64,000 nt of DNA from Octopus vulgaris (taxonomy: Eukaryota), in NCBI GenBank assembly GCA_951406725.2, contig OX597814.1, positions 71,362,001 through 71,426,000 of the forward strand, read 5' to 3'. The notes beneath the pieces were generated by a model. The model was given only the letters and a program-made list of their open reading frames with translations. It did no database searches and had not been told where the DNA came from. Shown here piece by piece: positions 52,697 through 64,000 of this stretch (positions within the stretch are counted from its first letter, which is position 1; each line of letters starts with the position of its first letter). The position numbers were made by a program, and so were the translations under genes.

Positions 52697-53809
52697 TTAA
52701 ACCTACCACATTTGGGTTGTATAAAATATAATCAAGCAAAATTATTTAAAAGAAATTTTTTAACAAAGAAATCAAGATTAAATTTTAAAAATAATGAAGA
52801 GCAAAACATTGCCAATACATTACATAATAACTATGCAATAATGGTAAGAATCAAAATTAAATGAAGATCCTAAGTACTATAGTAATAAAGTATAAGTAAT
52901 ATAGAAAGTGCAGTGGAATGAGTGATGTAGGAAAGCTGAATATTCAGTAATTAATCTAATATTTCTCTTTAAGTAGATTAAAAATAATTATTTTATGTAG
53001 GAGACTAAATATTTCAATTCACCAAACAAATAACTTTATTAAATGTTTTAATTGCTACTAGTTTCTCAGGAAACAGGAAGCTATGATTAACATGCTTGAC
53101 AGGCAAGGTTATCTATGTTATTAATGAGCATTTCTGAATTTCATATATTCTTCAGCCAGCATAATTATGGTATACTTCTTTTTCCCATTTCTAATATATT
53201 CCCCTATCCTAATGAAACCTCTAACTCAACAGTTAAAAATAATCTTATAAAATAAACCAAAAATATTTCAATGAAATATACATACAAGACTAACGAAAAG
53301 TTTAGCTACATCCAAAATACTCTCCTTTATTTTCCATTGTTTTGCAAACAATTTGCACCTGCAAGTGCTACCAGTCAAGAACTCCGCATATCGGAAGTCA
53401 GCAAGTGTATAGGGTCACGCCATTTCAGGGCCCCAAACACATACCTAAGAGGTAGGCCATTTTGGAGCCTACCTCACAATGGCATTACTGTCCCCCCCCC
53501 CCCCATACACACTCACTGATATGAGGCCCTGCTTGTTAGATCAACTGGTTATTAAATATAGCTCAATATCCCTCTAGCATTACAACTCAAAAGACAACAA
53601 GAATGTATTAAAGGTAGACACAATATTTTAGGATTCTGTGTTCACTTGCAATTGACTACCAGTGGTATAGAGAAATATGAAAAACAAAGTTGAACTTTGT
53701 GAGAGTGAAACTTAGATGCAGTGTGCACCAAGGCATTGACCCTAACCTCCCAAAATACATATAATAAAGATATAGATAAATAAACCTCATGATTTACAGA
53801 AATCTATTT

Positions 53810-54815
53810 TAAGTTACGCAATCTACAACCTCAAGAGAGCCCTCAGGGCATTTGAAAGAGTTTAATTCCCGTGCATTCTTAGTGCTTGTTGTTCCAGTAC
53901 CTCTTATTTGCCCATAGCTTGCACTGGGTGCAACAAATGGAATTTCTTCTAACTTCTTTCCTACATATTGAGCAGGGCCATTAACCTGACAGAAAGAGAG
54001 TCTTATCTGCTTTGTTGCTAACAATTTTGATCTTTGCTAGGTTAAGATCCTTTGATTCCAGGTTTTGCTTCCATTTCCATACCTGGAATTTCTTCTCCAA
54101 TTCTACTATAGGTTCTGCAATAAGAGCAATGTCATCAGCATAGGCCTGGAGGACTATGATGAATAGGAATGAAGAGAACTGAGTTCTAGTGAATCCCTAC
54201 TTGTACACTAAATTCATCACTGTTGACTCTCACCCTACTGACAGCACTGCTGTACATGGCTTGTACAGCTATAACAAACCACTCATCAATTCCTAACTTC
54301 CTTAGAGACTACCAGATAATAGAGTGAAGGACTCAGTCAAAAACTTTCTCCAGGTTGATAAAAGCCAAGTACAATGGCTTACTATTGACCAAATACCTTT
54401 TCTGCAGTTGTCTCACTAGGAAGATGGTGGTACTCTTCCCAAGCACCTCTCTTCCTGTGGTACTCTTCCAAAATTGCATCATATCTAGTTTAATTCTATT
54501 TCTAATCAATTGAGTTATAACCCTCTCTCTGTAACTTTCCTGACTCATTCTGGCAGTTTGATACCTCTGTAGTAGTTTCTATCTAAGGCATCACATTTAC
54601 CCTTGTAGCAGCTAATTATAATGCTACTACACCAGTCACTTGGGATGACACCTTCCTGGATAACCTGATAAACTATAAGTGACTAGGGCATATCCTACTC
54701 CACCAGATATTTTAAGTACCTCAGTAGTGATTCTTGATGCTCCAGGAGCTCTGCCTGTTTTTATATCCTTAATTGGATATAGAATCTCAAGCTGTTGACA
54801 ACTCTAATGACTGGT
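53810..54815 (-). mobile_element. RTE LINE reverse transcriptase fragment
   Basis: Homologous to 38399-38998 (CYKGKCDALDRNYYRGIKL...SKPLYLAFINLEKVFD), then YADDIAL and GSLEVVD. Confidence 0.85.
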
Positions 54816-54989
54816 CAGAGTACATATCTCTGTTTTTTTATTGTATGGGCAATAATTTGAAATGATCAACATGGACAAATAGTATCTTTTTAAATGCATT
54901 TTGTTTCCAGATGTGTTTATTTTAGTCCTTGCATTTAAATACTGTGAAAATCTTTAAAAAATAAATTGCTTTCAACTTTCATCTTCAGA

Positions 54990-55400
54990 GCCCATATCCT
55001 CATCATCAGATACAGCAGATTCCTGAGCATTTACACAACTGTGTACACCTTAAACCAATTTTACTACAGCATGATGTTTGTAAAGATGTATTCACTTACA
55101 AATTTGGAACATGCCTCCAATTATCTTTCTTGCAGCTGCAACTGATGAGTTAGAATTAGAGGGAGGTCACATGAATCAATATGAAGTTCCATAGGACCAT
55201 TAACTTTCTTTAAGTTCCATTCCATTTGGAGAAATTTCTGGTATTTGCTCCAAATAGTGATGAAATACACCAGCCAGGTAATTAGCACGCATCATGTGTT
55301 TCATAAGAGAGTCTTTATTTAAAGGATGTAACTCTTCTGTAGATATATCAAATCAGAATAGACAATACAGAGTAACATTCACATCTGATGCTTTCACTTA
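54990..55400 (-). mobile_element. Probable Academ-type transposon C-terminal remnant (post-XPG region and Cys-rich finger)
   Basis: Minus-strand translation DVNVTLYCLF...EELHPLNKDSLMKHMMRANYLAGVFHHYLEQIPEISPNG, followed by a frameshifted Cys-rich stretch and an acidic end. It resembles the LPP.....H..RANYQA...GW...CxC pattern; the family assignment is inferred. Confidence 0.45.
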
Positions 55401-55689
55401 GATCATACATATGACATACAAAGATGTACCAAACTCTTGAATGTTATGTATATAGTGCTCATATATGATAGTTAACCGGAAGGGTTTATTCTTTCTCTTC
55501 CCAAAGAATCTATTTACTGAAATGATGGAATTAGACCAAGGCTGATACAACATAAAAGCTCTGCTGACTACAAATGGACTTGATATCGAATGCAGACTTT
55601 TATCATCAGTAGAATAGAAGACCAACAGAAGAGAAGTGCTGTAAACTTCTGTGCACATTTCATGCTAGTAGACATCAGCATCCATATAC

Positions 55690-56810
55690 TTTGTAACTAC
55701 ATCTCCCTCTTGAAAATCTGAAGGAAGAGGCAATACTCAAACCATACAAGACTTAATGACAGTAATGACATTAATGCTCTGTTTAAACTGTTGCAAGTTA
55801 ACAGCTGCAGGGAAGTAATGAGTAGGGAGCAGATGCCAGAGGAATGATGTTCAGGTGAGGAAGGACTGTAGTGTCTGGAAAGGATTAAACACAAAAAGGG
55901 CAACAAAGAGTAGAGAGGTGAGTATGCCATGTGTGATTAAATGGAGGAGTGCAAAACAGCCAGTTACAAAGAATAAGAAACCATTATAATAGTGATTAAA
56001 AAGACTGAACATGGAGAGAGAAGCACACCTGTGCAGGAGATGATGGAAGAAGTCTTTGAGTGATTTGATGCCAATCATGTAGCACTTCTTTGAATGTAGC
56101 ATGGATGTCTGAGTGCATATCAGTAGCACCACTCTAGACGTAGAAGCAGTACAACATTGTGGGCTTCACTTGAGCTTTGTTGAGTGTGTCAGCAATTGTT
56201 GAGGAATTAATTTTCTAGTCCTGAAAAGAAGGGCCAGTCATTGGGATGGAGTCCTAGCTGTGTTAAAGATGTGTTTCAACAGGAGAACCTTAATAGAGAA
56301 GCACAACATTTGCAGCATCTGTGAGGGCTCTAACTGAGTGCCACTCATGTTTAGAGGATTGTGGTGTGAAAGTACTTTTCTAATATGAGTAATCCTTGAG
56401 TGTTTTTGCTATTAAAAGAGACAAGATGGGCATGGCTCCAATGCGGGGTGCTCTGATGGTCTCTTTATGAAATCAATGCAGATTTGGTGTATAGATTATA
56501 TAAGTTGCATGTGGATGAAGCCTGATTGAGAAATTATGGAAGAAGAAAGGGTAGCTTCATTTGCATAACAGTGTGTGTTGTTAGATGTGGTGGCAAGTAG
56601 GTCATTGATGTAGAAAGGGATGTGAAGGATACAACTGAATTTGGAGTACACCATAGTTGATTGAGAATGTGACAGGAAGAGCTCCATTTATATGCGCTAC
56701 AATGGCATGATTTGCGAGGAAACTACTAATCCAAGTGATGAAAGATGGATGGAGCCTACAGACAGGAAGTTTCGATAGGAGATTCACAAGTTAGATAGCC
56801 AGACTTACTC
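55690..56810 (-). mobile_element. CR1/L2/Jockey-group LINE 3' portion, decayed
   Basis: LLSKLPVCRLHPSFITWISSFLANH...FSINYGVLQ...FYINDLLATTSNNTHCYANEATL (decayed YADD) and ...HRCASLSMFSLFNHYYNG; distinct from the RTE fragments. Confidence 0.75.
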
Positions 56811-56874
56811 TGTATTTTCTTGGTATTTCTTTATCCTCTAATTTCTGTTATTATTTGTTCTACTTATATTTAAA

Positions 56875-59800
56875 TTAGCAAATGCATCCGTCCTTGGATA
56901 GTGTAATTTATTATTATGGTGCACTCCTGTGGATGGTTTAAGTTGTTAGAAGTTGTTTCAACTCAATAGGTGTAAAATGTATAATTACCATTTTCGATAA
57001 CAGCCTATGATATGGTTTTTAGAATCTTAGGTAATGAATAAATTTTTTTGAGTACAAATTTGGCTGTTAGTAATAAAGGAAAGTCCATGAAATGGGATTG
57101 CAATTGCAGTAGGCATCAGGGATCCTATATCTTACTTGAAACGTTTTGTATCGTGTATTTATTCTTCTCGTAATACCTGACACAACCGCATTGAAGCTTT
57201 TTTATCAATGAAAGTCATGTATGATAAAGAAAAGCAAACATTTATAGCAAACACACAAATAGAATAATGGCATGTACAAAAATAAATGCCAGAGTATGCT
57301 TATGAGTGAACAGCGTGCGTTGAAGGTAATGTACTGTTAACAACAATCAGGGAAATGAAGCAAAATATCAATGAAATGCTTGCAGGAAGTCTGATTGTTA
57401 ACGGCTACAGTTTGGTGTAGGTGTGAAGATTGCAGTAGAGGAATAACTACTGTAGGGCTGCTTTGTAGACAACATCTTTTCCCTTCAGGAGCACAGATGA
57501 ATAAGTTGTCTGAATGGTCAACTCTGGAACAACCGACGTAGAACTGTCCATGTGAAAAGCACAACATTTGAAGGTCCAATCCAACAACTTTCAGTGACTG
57601 ACCTTGTGCTTTGCTAATTGTCATGGCGAAGCTGAGATTGAGAGGGAACTGAAGTCTCTGCACAGAGTAGAAGCAGTCTGTTAGGTTTAATGAAATTTTA
57701 GGAATCAGAACGTTAATGTTTTTGCTGTGTCTCATGATAATTTAGGCTTCAATGACATGGTCCATCATTTGTTTGACTACAAGGTGAGTTCCATTGCATA
57801 GTGTAGGTGCATTTAGACTGTGTAGGAGGATGACAGGGCAACCAACTTTTAAGTGAAGTCCATGGAGAATCTTAAGAGTTGAGAAATTCTGTTGGATATT
57901 GTGTAACCAATCGAGATCAGTAACGGTGTCAACTGATCTGTAACAATGTTCTTGAGAAGGTAGCTGACTGAGTAAGTCATAGTTAAGTGTTCACAGCTGC
58001 ATTTGAAGGTGCAAGAACAGCCCTGTCATGAAGCCAATCTGGTTTTATGTATTCTGTTGTAAGATTTGGGTAAACAGCAGAACATAAGTCATTAGGGCTG
58101 GAGACAGTGTGGCCAATGGTGGTAGTGTCAATGTATCCATAGTTGTCAGACATAATTTGTCTATTGCCAATTTTAAGGAGCATTTCTGAAAACTGGGTTG
58201 TAGATTGACCAGTTTATATGAGTGATCTCGTTGCTGGTGAGTTGTTTTGATTGGACATGTAACCAAAAGAGGGATTTTTTAAGGCAGGTATTAAGTTCAT
58301 CAGTGGGTGTTCCTTTGGGTATAATAGGCAGAGTTTGTCAAAAATCTCCTGCAAGAAGTAGAGTTCCACCTCCAAAGATGTTGTTGTTCGAGCTAAGGTC
58401 TCTCATTGTGGTATCAAGTCTTTGTAGGGAACATTTATGGGACATAGTTGCTTCATACTAAACAATAATCTTTCACTTTTTCAACATTATTGATTCATCC
58501 GAGGAATGCATTATGTGGCATGTTGGGTTTTCTTGATGTGCTACACTGAAAGGCAATTTGAAGGTATAGTGTGCTGTTCATCTGCCATCGAGAAGAGTCA
58601 AGGCTATTCCTGAGGAGGCAATAGCAATAGCAAGGTCACCATTATGCCACAACTTCACAAGAAGAAGATTCAGGAGGAATGTTTTTCCAGTTCCACTGGG
58701 TGCATCTGAGAAGATGATTCCACCAGTGTGTGTGTGTAGATGTTTGCGAGGACAAAATTATATACGTCAGCTTAATCAGAATTCAGAAGGGGCTTGTTGC
58801 CAGCAATGTACTGTTTGAGTTTATGGATGTTTCTCTGAGAATAAGGCGATTGGGGCTGGCATCTTCATTTCTGTCTGGAGTGTTGTAAGAATAAGCATCC
58901 AATCATTGACCTCCAATTGCCATAACCAAGTCTTCCAAGAGAAGAAGCTCTCTGTTGTAAATGACAGGGGTAGTGGGAGTGTCAACACTACCTGTGATTT
59001 GGCGAGTCTGCAGCAAAATGTCATGGCACATTGAGTCTTTTATTTATTCCAAAGTGAATGTGCATCTGTCAGGTTGCAGAAAACCAGTATTATTGCAAAA
59101 AGGTGTCGGGGCTTGTGCAGAGAACAACAAAATGAGGCCTCTTTGAGTGCATTATCGTATTGATCATCTGTATCCCAAAGTCCCTATTTGGAGCAAGCAT
59201 CTTTGAAAGTGCCACATAAGTGGTGAAGATTGTCAAAAGAAGTTGGTCTCTTGATGACATGAGCTGCAGATGTTCAAGGGGTGAACTGTGTAGCCATGTC
59301 TGATTGTGTTGCCTTTTTACATGGCTGTATTCCAAGTGCGTAGGCTGGCGTTACCACTGGGAAGATAATTGATTCCATGTATAATAGTGTCGCACTTCAG
59401 CATACAAAATAGACTTTGCGAAGAGGTCGACTCTGCATCTGTGAAAGAAGGCCATAAGAGTGGTCTTTGGCAGGGCAGCTGCTTCTTGAATGAAGCTGTC
59501 TTCTGTGAAGTAAATTTGCTGCCTATTTTCCAAATGAACGCTAAGATGACTCATAAGAGGGTATAGTTCTTGAATTGGGGATCCTAAGGTTCTGCATATG
59601 ACTACATTGCTGGATATGTAGTGTCCAATTTTGAAAAGAGTCACTTTATCATTTGAAAAATCTGCTGCTCATGTAGATTTTATTTGAAAAAGGGCTCTGT
59701 CTTTTGGTAATGTGCTTGCATACATAATGTATGGATTTGACAGAACTATAGAATTCTGCATTTATGTGTGCATGAAATGTTTTGTAGAGCATCTTGTAGT

Positions 59801-60128
59801 GGGGTACGACCACCGACTGTCAACCAAAAAAGTGTAGCGGGGGGAGGGGAGATACAATCAATTTTTGAATGTTACTTCGCAAATAGTTACCTCCCTTGTA
59901 CACAATAGTCACCATACACCAAAAATGGAGGCTTTTCTGACCCTTTCTCTAGAAGCCCCATTACTCCATAAGCGAAACATTTAAAGAGTGTAGAACCATC
60001 TGTCAAACGTAAGTGATGAATTTAACAAGCGTGAATGAAATCAGACGAAGAATATTGATTTTATGTGGAATCAACCTAATGGTCAATCACATATATACAC
60101 ACACACATCTTCTGTCATATATTATAGA
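56875..60128 (-). mobile_element. Helitron, internally deleted and decayed RepHel with both termini
   Basis: PIF1 helicase motifs DAPSGTGKTFLLNL, LLAGDF*QTLPI and QFPLNLSFAMTISKAQGQSL...FSHGQFYVGCSRV; Rep C-terminal AHINAEF.SSVKSI. The 5' end reads a|TCTATAATATATG at 60128. The 3' end has an imperfect hairpin (56885-56903) then CTAA|t, a probable decayed CTAG. Confidence 0.85.
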
Positions 60129-61828
60129 TGACAGAAGATATATTCATCCGAGAACATCTGATGTTCCCATCACTCTCTTCATTTATTCTTGATATCGTGT
60201 TGCAACCCACATTTTCTTGGTGGTTTTCCCCTACATCCTGGGTCATAACTAATTTATCATCTAGTTGGCTACCTGTCCTATCATCTGCACAATAACAACA
60301 GAATGCATCACTGTAAAGAAATATTACAAAAAAGCACTACATCATGAGGAAAACAATATTTCTGTCAGGAAGGAGGAGAGGTTAGAACATGTAATCCTAC
60401 ATATCAGTAATTTAAATTAACTAGATTTAAAATAAAGTAATACTTGGGATATTGTATAAAATTTTTTATTGCATCAAACCTTGGGCTTGTTTTCCTAACA
60501 AATCACAAAACACTGAAATTATATTTTTTTGTTTAGTTATTTTGATGATGGTCTTCTTTATACATCACTATGTAATTATACGTTCATTTAAAAAAAATTC
60601 TTCTACTTCACAGCTCAAGCTCAATTGCAGATCCAGCGGAAATTTTTCTGTCTTTTCCTCTTATTTTGTTGAAATCACAGAAGCACTGATAACAACTATA
60701 GTGATAGCTAATTTCACAGTTCAAGCTCAATTTAAAGTGGCTAAAAGTTGTCATTGCAACACTGATTCACTGGCAAGTGAGTACAGCAGTGATCAGAATG
60801 ACATATATACCAAGGTTATGGTATTGTTTTGCAATCTTAGTGACAATTTAACTCTCTTTGCAAGGTCAACATATTGTTTCCAGCGATCATTATTAAATGT
60901 AATAAAACTGTTTTTCACCCATGGAATACAATGCATTGTGCAAAAATTTGGTGAAAATTTGACAACTTTCACGGAGGTTCTGTCATTTGTAGCTAGTAGT
61001 CTTCAATCAAATACTCTGGCAATCATGATTATTTAATTGCTTTATCAGATCATCAGTTTTGAGATATATATAATATTTCACAAATTATTAGGTATTAATT
61101 ATACCTAACATTGTTGTACAAAACAACTTAAAGAAGTTGGACGTATAGCAGTCTAAAAGAAAGAACTGTACTGCCATCTGGAAAGAAGTCCTGCTTGATG
61201 TGCAACAAAAGGATTAAGTAGGGATCCCACATAGTGTACATAATGTAGAAAGTAATGTTGCATGGTAGTAAAACATGGGCATTAAGGAGAGAATGTGTGA
61301 ATGCTGGAAAGAAATGTGGTGAGCATACAGCACTGGATGTATAAAGTTAGTGTGCATGAATGATGGAGCACAAATGGATTAAGGAAAACAGTGAGTATGA
61401 AAGGATCAGAAGAGAGGACAACAACTAGATAAAGAAGTGCTAAATGATTCAAGTGAAAGGAAATCATGGAAGAGGAAGTAGTAGTGAAAAATGATCTCAG
61501 GCAGCTGAACCTCATGAACATGAATGACATGCAACAAGTGGTGAGCTGCTATGATGGGAAAGAGCAAACAGAGAATAAATGGGCATAAAATAGTCATAAT
61601 TCATTGCTAACTAGTCACTAAGTACAGAAAAACAGACTATACTTCTTGAAGTTCTGAGAGCTTTATTTTGTAACTATAAGCCTTGTACTCATGAGCAAAC
61701 AAGAATGTGTGTGTATGCGTGTATGAAAATTTAAATAATAAGGGTAAAAAAATTGAATATTAATTTGATTAATATCAATTTAAACCAGTGCATATTTAAA
61801 AATCTGAAGATTCAGAAAAATTATATTA

Positions 61829-62875
61829 TTGGGTTGTCCAGAAAGTTCGTGCCCATTTATAGTAGCTTACCTTTTGACTTATTTTAGAAGATGGTTGAAT
61901 CCATAAAATTGGATTTGACTACACCTCCATTTAGAGCACAGTTAATTCTGTGTTAATTCTGTAACCCTTTAAAATGGAAGATAAGAAAGTTCATTTTTGG
62001 CACTTGATGCTTTTCTTTTACCGTAAAGGGAAAATGCTTCACAAGCAACAAAAGAAATATGCGCAGTTTATGGTGATGTTTTTTTATCCAAAAGAACTGT
62101 ACGGAAGTGGTTCGCAAGGTTCTGAGCTGGAGATTGTAGCCTTATTGATAAAGAGCAATCAGGCAGACCATCCACTACAGATGATGACCAAATCAAGTCA
62201 TTAATTGAGAATAGCCCACATTGCACAACTCGAGAATTCGCAGAAAGCCTCAACCTATCAAATTTCATCATTCATGAGTACCTGGTAAAGCTTGGGTACA
62301 CAAATCACTACGATGTTTGGGTACCACATGAGTTGAGTGAGAAGAATCTTTTGGATCACATTTGCATTTGTGATTCACTTTATAAACGGAATGAAAATGC
62401 GCATTTTTTAATGCAAATTGTGACAGGTGATGAGAAATGGATTATCTACCGAAATGTTCAGAGAAAGCGATCCTGGAGTAAGCGACATGAGCCACCCTTA
62501 GCCACCCCAAAAGCAAGTCTTCACCCTAAAAATGTCTTGCTTTGTGTCTGGTGGGATTGGAAAGGAATTCTGTACTATAAGCTTCTCCCAAGTTACCTGA
62601 CAATTAATTCTGAGAAATATTGCACACAACTGGATGAGTTAAAAGCAGCAATTCAAGAGAAATGTCCAGAATTGGCCAACAGGAAGGGTGTTGTTTTCCA
62701 ACATGATAATGCAAGACTGCACATTTCTTTGGGAACCAGACAAAAATTGCTGCAGCTCAGCTGGAATGTGTTACCCCATCCTCCATATTCACCAGATATT
62801 GCTCCTTCGGATTTCCATTTATTCAGGTCTCTGCAGAATAGTCTTAATGGTAAAAATTTCAATTCCTTGGGTGAC
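61829..62875 (+). mobile_element. mariner (DD34D) element, 3'-truncated and frameshifted
   Basis: TA-TTGGGTTGTCCAGAAAGTTCGTGCC end; MEDKKVHFWHLMLFFYRKGK, WVPHEL, IVTGDEKW and HDNARLH...HPPYSPDIAPSDFHLF with 34 residues between the second and third Asp; no right TIR. Confidence 0.92.
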
Positions 62876-63579
62876 ACTTTTGCGTCACCCAAGGAATTGA
62901 AAGGATTGTTCTTTTTCTTTTTTGTCTGAAACTTCCAATTCACCATAACTACCACAAGTCACCCTACTAAGGGATAAACCCTAGTTTATATTTTCTTGGT
63001 TACCTCAAGAAAGTTTCTCTATCAAAATTCTGTACAGTGTGAACTCATGGACAAATAGGCTAGCATTTGCCAACCATACCTGATAATAAACTGTTTCAAT
63101 ACACCAAGTTATGTAAGAATATCCAATGAAAATCAGTTATTAATTATTTTGGCTCTAAGACTTTTTTTATAATATACTTGAAAAATACTTTTACTTATTC
63201 AAGCCATAGTGCTTTGTCTGAAAGAATTCAAGTATATTACCATTATCTGGCTTCTATAAATAATCCATAATATATAGCAATAGTTGCTAAACTGTTAAAG
63301 AGCTATAAAGTCATTAACACAATTAATTATCTAGCTAGCACCTAACAAGATGGTACTCTTAATGTTAGTAATGATTATGATCGTTTGAACATAATGGGTT
63401 GGAATGGCTCATACAATAAATAATTCATCAATAAAACTATATATATTAAATTTGCAAAAGGTTTTAGTTCTAGTAATAACACTTTTAAACTTCACACACA
63501 TGCATGCATGTGTGTGTGTAAAATTTCTCCAGGGAGGGAAGCTATAGCTTTGCAAAACACACCAATGCAGCCAATCTCA

Positions 63580-63582
<3 letters not shown>

Positions 63583-63632
<50 letters not shown>
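63583..63632. repeat. (TA)n microsatellite
   Basis: Pure TA run. Confidence 0.9.
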
Positions 63633-63636
<4 letters not shown>

Positions 63637-64000
63637 GAGCAATAAATGTGAATGTTACAGTTATAGAAAACAAAGCAGGAATGTGAATACAGCCATTTAA
63701 GTTAATATTAGATATAAGAGGGGTCCTGGTTAGGATAAGTAGTTTAAGAAAGTGAAATGGTTTTGCTTTTCTACTGGCACTTCATTATGAAGCAGTTAAG
63801 TACAGACCCTTTATCAGATACAAGAAAATTTTTTGAAAGACAAAGATGAATAAGTGTGCTGATGCATGAAAGATTTTCCTAAAAGCTGGTAATTAATGAT
63901 GCAGGATTATGTAGAATAACACTGAGGGAATAAGATAGGTATTCAAATTAAGTGACATCTAATTTGGTTAAACTATGTTCTTGAAAGAGAAAAAGAGAAA

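Noticed and set aside
46409-64000. Next upstream HS2ST1 exon (expected to contain a YHGH-like motif)
   Set aside because: No matching minus-strand peptide with splice sites was found by eye. It is probably beyond the window, although a short exon could have been missed.

Overview
AT-rich eukaryotic genomic DNA whose repeat content looks like Octopus (cephalopod); this assignment is inferred from the repeats, not searched. The whole window appears to lie inside one minus-strand gene, heparan sulfate 2-O-sulfotransferase (HS2ST1-like). Three internal coding exons (46270-46408, 9453-9550, 483-640) have GT-AG sites and join in frame, separated by introns of 36.7 kb and 8.8 kb; the remaining exons were not found and probably lie outside the window. 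The introns are filled with decayed transposable elements: two tRNA-derived SINE families, RTE and CR1/L2-type LINE fragments, restriction-like-endonuclease (R4/Dong-like) LINE 3' ends, a Penelope-like element, mariner, Tc1, Tigger/pogo, hAT, piggyBac with MITEs, Merlin, a Helitron and a probable Academ remnant. The most notable structure is the Penelope terminal repeat, which in both copies carries a tRNA-like Pol III head followed by a minimal hammerhead ribozyme motif. Other highlights are a 608-bp apparently identical tract inside two otherwise diverged LINE copies, a Merlin element with 214-bp inverted repeats close to an exon, stacks of co-oriented SINEs, and fold-back hairpins at element junctions. 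No intact transposase or RT ORF was seen.
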